Assembly: GCA_017525525.1 (NCBI GenBank) | Contig: JAFXSQ010000030.1 | Coordinates: forward strand, 63-64,062 | Direction of reading: 5' to 3' | DNA: 64,000 nt | Source: Lachnospiraceae bacterium | Lineage (GTDB): Bacteria > Bacillota > Clostridia > Lachnospirales > Lachnospiraceae | Shown: positions 25,066 to 32,482 of the stretch, piece by piece | Numbering within the stretch: the first letter of the stretch is position 1 | Layout of the letters: every line of letters begins with the position of its first letter | Translations under genes and position numbers: made by a program | The notes under the pieces: model-generated | Seen by the model: only the letters and a program-made list of their open reading frames with translations | Database searches by the model: none | What the model was told of the DNA's origin: nothing

Positions 25066-26727
25066 ATGGAAAAGATTAACATCACAATGAACGGGCAGAC
25101 TTATCAGATTGACAAGTTTACTACTATTTCGCAGTTTCTTGCGGAGACGCTTCCCAAGGAGGACAGGTTTAAGTATGTTCTCGCAACAAGGAATAAAAAG
25201 CTTTCTGAGCTCGGTGTGCTTTTGGATAAGGATTGCGAGCTTGAGCTTCTCGGCGTGGATTCCGTGATGGGCTTTGATACATATAAGAGAAGTCTTACCC
25301 TGCTTATGGTCAAGGCATTTTCTGATGTTTTGGGAGGAAAGACGAACCATCGTGTAGAGGTTATGTATCCGGTCGGGAAGGGCGTGTTCTGCAGACTTTG
25401 CAACACTGAAGTTAGGGTCACCGAGGCGCTTATTGAAAATGTAAAGGCGCGGATGGAGGAGCTTGCATATCTCGATATAAAGATTGTCAAGGAGTCCATA
25501 GGCACGGATGAAGCCATGAATCGCTTTGCTAAGCAGGGAATGACTGATAAGGAGATACTCTTTAAATACCGCCGCGTATCCAAGGCAAACCTTTACAGCT
25601 TGGATGGGTATGAGGATTATTTCTACGGGTATATGGTTCCTTCGACAGGCTACTTAAAGGTATTTGACCTAGTTGCTCACGATGACGGATTTATTATAGT
25701 GCCGCCGAAGAAGACAAACCCTGAGGAGCTCCCGGAGCTTGAGGTTCCCGAGAGACTGTTCGGTGTATTAAAGGCTACAGAGGAGTGGTACAGAAAGCTT
25801 GGAGTGAACAATGTCGGAGAGCTTAACGAGACTATAACTTCGGGGGATATACAGGAGCTTATGCTCGTGCAGGAGGCTCTGCAGGAGAAGCAGATAGCGG
25901 ATATCGCGGAGAGAATCAGAGAGACAGGCAAGAGGATAGTTTTAGTTGCAGGTCCTACATCTTCGGGTAAGACCACCTTCTCGCACAGGCTTTCAGTTCA
26001 GCTTCGCGCGCACGGTTTAAGACCTTATCCCTTCGCGCTTGACAACTACTTCCGTGAGAGGGAGGAGACGCCGAGGGATGAGAACGGCAACTACGACTTT
26101 GAGTGCCTTGAAGCCATGGATTTAACTCTCTTCAACAAGCATGTGACAGCCTTGCTTGCAGGAGAGGAAGTAGCGATACCGACCTTTAACTTTACTCTTG
26201 GAAAGAAGGAGTACAAGGGTAATACATTAAAGCTCGGACCGACAGATGTGCTGGTTGCAGAGGGAATACATGCCCTCAACCCGGCTATGACAGCAAGCAT
26301 CGACAATGACAGCAAGTTCAAGGTATATATAAGCGCGTTGACACAGCTCAATATAGACGATCATAACCGTATCCCGACCACGGACGGCAGACTTATCCGC
26401 CGCATAGTAAGGGATGCGCGCTGCCGAGGCAACTCCGCTCAGGATACGATAGCCATGTGGCAGTCCGTGAGAAGAGGAGAGGACAGATTCATCTTCCCGT
26501 TCCAGGAGCAGGCGGATGCTATGTTCAACTCCGCTTTGATCTACGAGCTTTCGGTCATAAAACAGTTTGCGGAGCCTCTGCTGTTTGCCGTACCCCGCGA
26601 TTCCTACGAGTATTACGAGGCCAAGAGATTGCTTAAATTTATGGATTACTTCGTGGGACTTGATGTAACAAATGTACCGATGAATTCCATCCTGCGTGAG
26701 TTTGTGGGCGGAAGCTGTTTTGAGTAG
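25066..26727 (+). CDS. uridine/cytidine-kinase-like P-loop nucleoside kinase with ~280-aa N-terminal extension
   Basis: 553 aa. It has P-loop GPTSSGKTT followed by a PRK/uridine-kinase-like core (VAEGIHALNP, RRIVRDARCRG). The N-terminal domain is not recognised with confidence. Confidence 0.7.
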   Translation: MEKINITMNGQTYQIDKFTTISQFLAETLPKEDRFKYVLATRNKKLSELGVLLDKDCELELLGVDSVMGFDTYKRSLTLLMVKAFSDVLGGKTNHRVEVMYPVGKGVFCRLCNTEVRVTEALIENVKARMEELAYLDIKIVKESIGTDEAMNRFAKQGMTDKEILFKYRRVSKANLYSLDGYEDYFYGYMVPSTGYLKVFDLVAHDDGFIIVPPKKTNPEELPELEVPERLFGVLKATEEWYRKLGVNNVGELNETITSGDIQELMLVQEALQEKQIADIAERIRETGKRIVLVAGPTSSGKTTFSHRLSVQLRAHGLRPYPFALDNYFREREETPRDENGNYDFECLEAMDLTLFNKHVTALLAGEEVAIPTFNFTLGKKEYKGNTLKLGPTDVLVAEGIHALNPAMTASIDNDSKFKVYISALTQLNIDDHNRIPTTDGRLIRRIVRDARCRGNSAQDTIAMWQSVRRGEDRFIFPFQEQADAMFNSALIYELSVIKQFAEPLLFAVPRDSYEYYEAKRLLKFMDYFVGLDVTNVPMNSILREFVGGSCFE

Positions 26728-26761
26728 AGGTGACATTTGACTGAATTTTGACTGAATTGAC

Positions 26762-26953
26762 GTAACACGGGGATGTATATGAAAGTACGCAGGACGCTCG
26801 CGCTTAGCTGAGACCTTAGCGAACGGAGTGAGCTTAGTTCGAAGCTACACAGAGTACTATTTCACGGCGTAGCCCTTCTAAGCTCGTGAGGGACCTCGCT
26901 AAGAAGGGACGCCGCTCTATAGCCTGCTTAACTTTATATACACCCCGTGTTAC
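26762..26953. repeat. ~190-bp element bounded by ~18-bp terminal inverted repeats (element X)
   Basis: GTAACACGGGGATGTATAT ... ATATACACCCCGTGTTAC with internal hairpins. It shares GGGACGC-CGCTCTATAGCCTG with 31499-31520. Confidence 0.7.
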
Positions 26954-26990
26954 TGTTTTCTGTGAGAATTTGCTGATCAGGCTCCTAATA

Positions 26991-27141
26991 AACAGCAGGC
27001 AGGGCGTATGTGTTAAGGTAAGCGGGCTGTTGAACGGCGTCGGTTCTTTGCGGGCGTTTTTTGACCGCTTAGAACCGCTACGCCGTGAACCAGAGCGCGA
27101 GCGTCCCGCGTGCTTAATACATACTTCCTGCCTGCGTTGTT
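26991..27141. repeat. ~150-bp element bounded by imperfect ~27-bp inverted repeats (element Y)
   Basis: AACAGCAGGCAGGGCGTATGTGTTAAG ... CTTAATACATACTTCCTGCCTGCGTTGTT. Confidence 0.65.
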
Positions 27142-27163
27142 GAATGCTGCAGAATAAGATAAA

Positions 27164-29053
27164 CTAGTTCTTTGCCTGAATAAAGCTTATAAACTCATTG
27201 TGCGGCAGGGGCTTGGAGAAGTAGAACCCCTGTATGTAGTCTACGCCGAGCGCAGCCATGCTGTCGAGCTGCTCCTTGGTTTCGATTCCCTCGGCGACTA
27301 TCTTAAGTCCGAGCTCCTTGATCATGCGTATTGTGGCGCTCATAACAACCTTCGCGCGCGAGTTGGTAAAGTACTCCTGTGTCATGGTTCGGTCGAACTT
27401 TACTATGTCGACGGGCATGTCCACGATATAGTTCAGGTTGGACTCGCCGGTTCCGAAATCATCGAGAGAGAAGGTGCAACCGAGTTCTTTTAGGTTGTGC
27501 ATATTGTCGAGCAGGATGTTCCTCTGGTTTAAAGTGGAGGTCTCCGTGATTTCCAGGTTGATTGTCTCGGGAGGAAGTCCCAGCTCTTTCATAATATTCT
27601 TGAAATTATCTGCTAATTTTTCATTCTCGCACTGTGCTACGGAGAGGTTGATTTCCACATACTGTATGCCGTGCTTGCGCATGTGAGAATCCTTTAATGC
27701 GTGGCAGGTCTTTTCGAAGACTCGCTCACCGATTTTTTCTATGAGGCCGTACTCCTCGGCGACGGGTATGAAGCGTCCAGGCATCACTATTCCGCCGTCA
27801 CGATCTCTTAAGCGGGCGAGAGCTTCGGCAGAGACGAATTTCTTGTCTGCAATAGAGTAGATAGGCTGATAGAAGACCTCGACTCTGTCTTCTGCGATGG
27901 CATCCTTGATGAGGTTAACCATTTGCTGAAATTCCCTGATGTGACTTCCGGTCTCGGCATTCAAAAGAATGGTGTTCTCCTCGTCTCCGGTGTCATCCTT
28001 GTAATACTGGTACACGGCGTAGAATTCCTCGGAGGACTCAAACACGAGTGAGTCCGGTGCGTACATGAAGACTGCAGGTATGTGCTCGGATTGTCCGTGC
28101 CAGTCCTTTTCAAAGGTCTGCTTTATTATGTCTAAGTTAAATGCGCTCTCGATTTCATAGCTGTCAGACCTGTTCTTGTCGTAGATAAGCATGAAGCTGT
28201 TGCCTGTGCACCTGAACAGCTTCGCGTTCGGAAAGCTTCGAAGGAAGTTGGTCATCTCGATTAAGATATCGTTCTCGACATCTGCGGCAAGCTTCCATTC
28301 TGCCGGGGTGGTAATTACTATTGTTGAGAAAGGAGTTTTGTTGATGTACAGCTGCTTTAAGTATTCCCAAAGTGTCGCGGTTGAGAAGATACCCGTTAAT
28401 CTGTCAAGGTAGGCCTCGGGGTTTTCAAGCTCGGCATAGAGTATGGTAAGTCCGGTGGCTGAGCCAAATCCGACCAGCAGGAGCCCCGGATTGATGAACT
28501 GAATTCCGGCCGCTATAATCTCTAACATCATCCACGCGCGTACAGCCTTTTTTCTGTGTCTGTTTAGTGTCTTTGAGTAATAAATTGTAAATAAGAGTGT
28601 TGATATAATGAAATACGGAGCAAAGATGTATGTCGCTACATCTGCCGGACCGTAGCTGTAGATTACACGGCCTTCATGGTAATAGCTGATTGGAAGCGCC
28701 AATATAACGATTGCTCCTATAAAGAATACAATAAATTGCGCATATCTGAACTTCTTGCTCATTTTAAGTTTGGGTATGTCGCTGAAGGTATAGACCATGG
28801 CCATGTAGGAAACGGTCACAAGAAATACAAGGTAGAGCTTGGAGACGGCATCCACAAGCAGCGTAGGAAGCTTATCGGAATTGACAATCACAAAGATTGA
28901 TGATATATCCAGGATAACGCATAAGGTATTCAAGACAATTGATAACAGAAAGATCCGCTCGCTGTAAAGGCCGACACGGTCATGCTTTGAAGCAAAATAA
29001 ATCAGCAGCAGATCGATTACAAGTCCGCACATCTGAACTTCGATATTAAGCAT
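27164..29053 (-). CDS. membrane sensor with degenerate GGDEF and intact EAL domain (c-di-GMP phosphodiesterase)
   Basis: About seven N-terminal TM helices. The GGDEF position reads GNSFM. The EAL signature is intact (EALARL, NLEITE, DDFGTGES, EGIET, QGFYFSKP). The start at 29053 (MLNIEV) follows a G-rich SD; the ORF track extends to 29098 through a T10G8 tract. Confidence 0.85.
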   Translation of the reverse strand: MLNIEVQMCGLVIDLLLIYFASKHDRVGLYSERIFLLSIVLNTLCVILDISSIFVIVNSDKLPTLLVDAVSKLYLVFLVTVSYMAMVYTFSDIPKLKMSKKFRYAQFIVFFIGAIVILALPISYYHEGRVIYSYGPADVATYIFAPYFIISTLLFTIYYSKTLNRHRKKAVRAWMMLEIIAAGIQFINPGLLLVGFGSATGLTILYAELENPEAYLDRLTGIFSTATLWEYLKQLYINKTPFSTIVITTPAEWKLAADVENDILIEMTNFLRSFPNAKLFRCTGNSFMLIYDKNRSDSYEIESAFNLDIIKQTFEKDWHGQSEHIPAVFMYAPDSLVFESSEEFYAVYQYYKDDTGDEENTILLNAETGSHIREFQQMVNLIKDAIAEDRVEVFYQPIYSIADKKFVSAEALARLRDRDGGIVMPGRFIPVAEEYGLIEKIGERVFEKTCHALKDSHMRKHGIQYVEINLSVAQCENEKLADNFKNIMKELGLPPETINLEITETSTLNQRNILLDNMHNLKELGCTFSLDDFGTGESNLNYIVDMPVDIVKFDRTMTQEYFTNSRAKVVMSATIRMIKELGLKIVAEGIETKEQLDSMAALGVDYIQGFYFSKPLPHNEFISFIQAKN

Positions 29054-29457
29054 GCCCGTCACCCCCCCCAAAAAAAAAATTATTGATATAGTCACCATAA
29101 ACTAAGTAATTATAACATATTAATTCGAAAAATGATAGACATAATTCGACCTTTTGCACAATAAAAGTAGCCTTTTGTGGAGCTTTAAAGAGAAAATCAC
29201 TATAAATAACATAAGATTTTACGCAGCTTGTTAATTCTGTATATTTTCAAAGGGAAAATGTAAAATATTTGTTAAAAATTACAAAAAAATGCGTGACAAA
29301 TAGAAATATATAATTTATAATATAAATACTTATACAAATCATAAGTACTTATATAAATCGCTTGAACGGATACGTGATTTGTGAAGAAAATGTCGATTTT
29401 TGTACATTTGAGGGATACATTTTCAAGCATGTCATATAGGCGAAAGGAGGAGGGCCT

Positions 29458-30174
29458 ATGAGCGACGGCAATAAGATTAATCTTCTGCAGATGCAGAAAT
29501 ACTTTGAAGGTCAGATGCAAAGGATCCGCACGATAAGCGATCTGGAGCTTTCCGAGAATGATTTCAAGAGCCTTGGTATAAAGCTCAGGTCTCTCTGCTT
29601 TTTTACCGGAAGTGAGAATGACATAGAGGATTTCATGCTCTCCATAGCGGTTTATAGCTCTTATGCGCTTATCTACGGTAATGTGGGTAGTGATTTCGAG
29701 AGTATCGTGTGGATGGTCATGAATAACAGTCAGTATATGGAGCGCATGCACTTATCGATGCTCAAGAATGTGTACGATAGCTACGGATTGAACACCTTTG
29801 ATGTGGACGATGCAGATCTTATGACATCAGTGAGGAAGCTTGTGGCATTGCATGCGGGCATTCCGAACTGCGATAAGAACATGTTCTACGACATCTTAAG
29901 CGACTATTTAAGCTATCGCGATGTAGCTACCATGCTGGCCGAGATTTACGCAAGGCTTCCCGAGAGGAGCAGGTATATCTACGGTTTCATGGACAAGAAT
30001 GAGAGAGAGCGCATGATTCTTGAAGCAAGATCTCTTGTAAATGATGTGGTGGACGGTATACTCGACAGGAACGAGCTTGTGGAAAAGCACAGTTCGCTTT
30101 CATTAAGTCTGATAGACAGATGTCTTATGTGGAATGAGACGGGAAATCAGATTATAAGATACAGAGTATATTAA
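29458..30174 (+). CDS. hypothetical protein (orphan, helical)
   Basis: 238-aa ORF with a strong RBS (GGAGGAGGG, 3 nt, ATG). It is preceded by ~350 bp of very AT-rich DNA and ends 1 nt before the 3' end of rnpB. No motif recognised. Confidence 0.6.
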   Translation: MSDGNKINLLQMQKYFEGQMQRIRTISDLELSENDFKSLGIKLRSLCFFTGSENDIEDFMLSIAVYSSYALIYGNVGSDFESIVWMVMNNSQYMERMHLSMLKNVYDSYGLNTFDVDDADLMTSVRKLVALHAGIPNCDKNMFYDILSDYLSYRDVATMLAEIYARLPERSRYIYGFMDKNERERMILEARSLVNDVVDGILDRNELVEKHSSLSLSLIDRCLMWNETGNQIIRYRVY

Positions 30175-30520
30175 GACGTGAGCCGGACTGTAAGCCGGGT
30201 TATGTCGTGGGTGATCATCTATCTAGACCTTGTGTTACCACAAGGCTCAAGCGACCTACCTAAGACGCAGCGGGCAGCTGCATGGTCTTAATTTGGTCTT
30301 GCTCCGGATGTGGTTTACAGAGCCTGCCCTGTTACCAAGACAGCGGTGAGCTCTTACCTCGCCTTTCCACCCTTACCGGTAAAACCGGCGGTATATTTCT
30401 GTTGCACTGGCATGGGAGTCGCCTCCACCGGACGTTATCCGGCATCCTGCCCTATGGAGCCCGGACTTTCCTCACCTGCCTTAGCGGCAGCCGCGATCAC
30501 CTGTCTGACTCACGTCAGAC
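30175..30520 (-). ncRNA. rnpB: RNase P RNA, bacterial type A
   Basis: The minus strand reads GAGGAAAGTCCGGGCTCCATAGGGCAGG..., GTGCAACAGAAATATACCGCC, GGTAAGGGTGGAAAGGCGAGGTAAGAGCTCACCG, GGAGCAAGACCAAAT and ATAACCCGGCTTACAG. P1 pairs GACGTGAG (5' end) with CTCACGTC (3' end). Ends are approximate, within about 5 nt. Confidence 0.92.
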
Positions 30521-30523
30521 GAG

Positions 30524-30552
30524 ATTTTAGCATATTCGTGCGGCGAGCGCAA
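30524..30552 (-). promoter_or_regulatory. candidate sigma-A promoter of rnpB
   Basis: The minus strand reads TTGCGC, 17 nt, TAAAAT with a TG extension (TGCTAAAAT). The -10 lies ~7-10 nt upstream of the predicted P1 5' end. Confidence 0.6.
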
Positions 30553-30582
30553 GGCAATATAGATTTTTATCATAGATTTTCA

Positions 30583-30723
30583 TATGCGCAGGGGCACCGA
30601 TATGTAGGTGTCAGCTGAAGCTGACCGGTGCCCCGCGCGCGATAAGTGAGACAGGAAATCTTTGATTTCCGTTGTCGAACTTATACAGAGTAGCAAGGTG
30701 CGACTGCGTCTTCCTTGCTCGAT
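30583..30723 (+). repeat. family-4 repeat (with internal insertion) plus family-3-type 3' hairpin
   Basis: TATGCGCAGGGGCACCGATATGTAGGTGTCAGCTGAAGCTGACCGGTGCCCCGCGCGCG ... GCAAGGTGCGACTGCGTCTTCCTTGC. It is paralogous to 59257-59348. Confidence 0.85.
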
Positions 30724-30767
30724 GTAACTATAGTTTAGGCAGATTGTTGACAAAGGAGAATAATATA

Positions 30768-31310
30768 ATGGATGCAATTTCCTGCATAAAGACCAGAAGA
30801 AGTGTAAGACGATACACAGAAGAGGTTATAACCAAGGAACAGTTTGAACAGATTGTTGATTCCGCAAGGTATTCGCCGAGTTGGAAGAATACACAGACCA
30901 TAAGATATATGCTTGTCACCGACAGGACGCTGATTGATCGAATTAAAGATGAGGCATTGCTTGGTTTTGAAGGTAATATCAAATCATTGGCAAGCACAAG
31001 CAGCCTGGTGGTACTCACGCAGGTGAATGGCAGATGCGGATACGAGAGAGATGGAAGTTTCTCCACAAGTAAGGGAACAGGCTGGGAGATGTTCGATGCG
31101 GGAATTGCAGCGCAGACCTTCTGCTTAAGCGCTCATGAAGCAGGCTTCGGAACCTGTATTCTGGGAATCTTTGATGACGCTAAGGTAGGTGAGATTTTAG
31201 AAGTACCCGAGGGACAGACGGTTACCTGTCTGATACCCATGGGAAGGCCGAAATTCGTGCCTGATCCGGTTCCGCGCAAAGAGGTTGCGGATCTCGTATC
31301 TTATAAGTGA
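30768..31310 (+). CDS. nitroreductase family protein
   Basis: 180 aa from the ATG after AAGGAGA. The N-terminus CIKTRRSVRRYT and SPSWKNTQ are typical of FMN nitroreductases. The longer ORF-track start (30672) lies inside a repeat. Confidence 0.85.
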   Translation: MDAISCIKTRRSVRRYTEEVITKEQFEQIVDSARYSPSWKNTQTIRYMLVTDRTLIDRIKDEALLGFEGNIKSLASTSSLVVLTQVNGRCGYERDGSFSTSKGTGWEMFDAGIAAQTFCLSAHEAGFGTCILGIFDDAKVGEILEVPEGQTVTCLIPMGRPKFVPDPVPRKEVADLVSYK

Positions 31311-31345
31311 TGATAATACTCTTTTTTCGGAGTATTGGGGGTGGG

Positions 31346-31376
31346 ACTGCCGTGCATATCACGGCAGTTTCTTTTT
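31346..31376 (+). terminator. intrinsic terminator after the nitroreductase gene
   Basis: ACTGCCGTG-CATATC-ACGGCAGTTTCTTTTT. Confidence 0.8.
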
Positions 31377-31465
31377 ATGCACACGCCCGCGTAATGTAAA
31401 TTGTCACTTCGTGACACGCGGGCGGCGCAGCGGTTAGGGTGCGACTTCGTCTTCCCTAACCGATT
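31376..31465 (+). repeat. family-3 terminator-attached repeat
   Basis: TATGCACACGCCCGCGTAATGTAAATTGTCACTTCGTGACACGCGGGCGGCGCAGCGGTTAGGGTGCGACTTCGTCTTCCCTAACCGATT. It matches the reverse complement of 62994-63082. Confidence 0.9.
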
Positions 31466-31648
31466 GACGCTATGAGGACATAGGTACGAAAGGTTCCCGG
31501 GACGCTCGCTCTATAGCCTGAGCATCTTTTGTATCCGTATCCGCACAGCTGTTTAATGAAATAGAAAGAAATATGTAAACTGGTTATTGAAATAAGCATT
31601 GGCAGTGTGTTATACTCACACACGGTTTTATGAAAGGATACGTGATAC

Positions 31649-32377
31649 ATGGAAAAGGGCAGAGCGAAGAATATAATAGACAATATGTATGACACGATAG
31701 ATAACGCAACCTCGGTGCCGCTGTCGACGGGTAAGGTCATGGTTGACAGGGATGAGCTTCTGTTGATGCTGAGGTCCTTGGAAGATGCGATAGATACTGA
31801 GTTGAAGAGTTATCGCGAGGTTACGGACAAAAAGGGCAAGATACTGAGTGATGCCAAGGCTGAGGCAGATGCTATAATTGAGGAGGCTGAGAAGTCGGCG
31901 AGCCGCATCAGGGTCAGCAAGGCGGTTGGCAGGAGCGGAAAGCTTATCAACGAAGATTTGTCGTCGGCAGATAAAGAGGCTTTGAGGACTGCGGGCGATA
32001 TATATGCGGCGTCACTGATAGTAACCGATGAGATGCTTACCGAGGTCAATGACGTGCTTGAGCGAGCTCAGGAGGAGGTTATAAAGCAATACGAAAATAT
32101 GATGAAGATAATCGACGAGAAGACCGCCCAGGTTGAGAAGAACAAGGCGGAACTGATGTCGAGCCTTAAAGATATGAGCAAGGAGGAGAGGTATGAGCAA
32201 TTGTTAGAGCTCAGTCAGCTTCTATCAAATGAGCTTTACAGGGAGAGAAAGAAGGCGCTTGCCGCTGAGAATGCCGTAAAGAGGGTGCATATATCCGCGG
32301 GACATATAGATGATTACGGTCGAAAGACGGATGTTAAGACTACTGAATTAGACAGGCATATAAAAAACGGTGAATGA
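31649..32377 (+). CDS. coiled-coil protein, unknown function
   Basis: 242 aa, Glu/Lys/Ala-rich heptad-like sequence throughout. The stop is embedded in a bidirectional terminator. No enzymatic motif. Confidence 0.55.
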   Translation: MEKGRAKNIIDNMYDTIDNATSVPLSTGKVMVDRDELLLMLRSLEDAIDTELKSYREVTDKKGKILSDAKAEADAIIEEAEKSASRIRVSKAVGRSGKLINEDLSSADKEALRTAGDIYAASLIVTDEMLTEVNDVLERAQEEVIKQYENMMKIIDEKTAQVEKNKAELMSSLKDMSKEERYEQLLELSQLLSNELYRERKKALAAENAVKRVHISAGHIDDYGRKTDVKTTELDRHIKNGE

Positions 32378-32399
32378 CATAGGCCATTCACCGTTTTTT
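32363..32399. terminator. bidirectional terminator between convergent genes
   Basis: AAAAACGGTGAATG ... CATTCACCGTTTTTT, with an A-run on one side and a T-run on the other. Confidence 0.8.
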
Positions 32400-32400
32400 A

Positions 32401-32482
32401 TATGCATACGCAATGTAATTTGCTGCTTTGCAGCACGCGTGCGGCGCAACGCGTAGAGGGGCTGCGCCTTCCCTAAGCGATT
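32401..32482 (+). repeat. family-3 terminator-attached repeat
   Basis: TATGCATACGCAATGTAATTTGCTGCTTTGCAGCACGCGTGCGGCGCAACGCGTAGAGGGGCTGCGCCTTCCCTAAGCGATT. It abuts the stop of the convergent GGDEF gene. Confidence 0.85.

Noticed and set aside
26886-27143. 85-aa ORF in the convergent intergenic region.
   Set aside because: It lies wholly inside the inverted-repeat elements X and Y, has no RBS, and its Arg/Leu/Cys-rich composition is typical of GC-rich repeat read-through.
30282-30618. 82-aa and 102-aa plus-strand ORFs.
   Set aside because: They overlap RNase P RNA on the opposite strand and are translations of structured RNA sequence.
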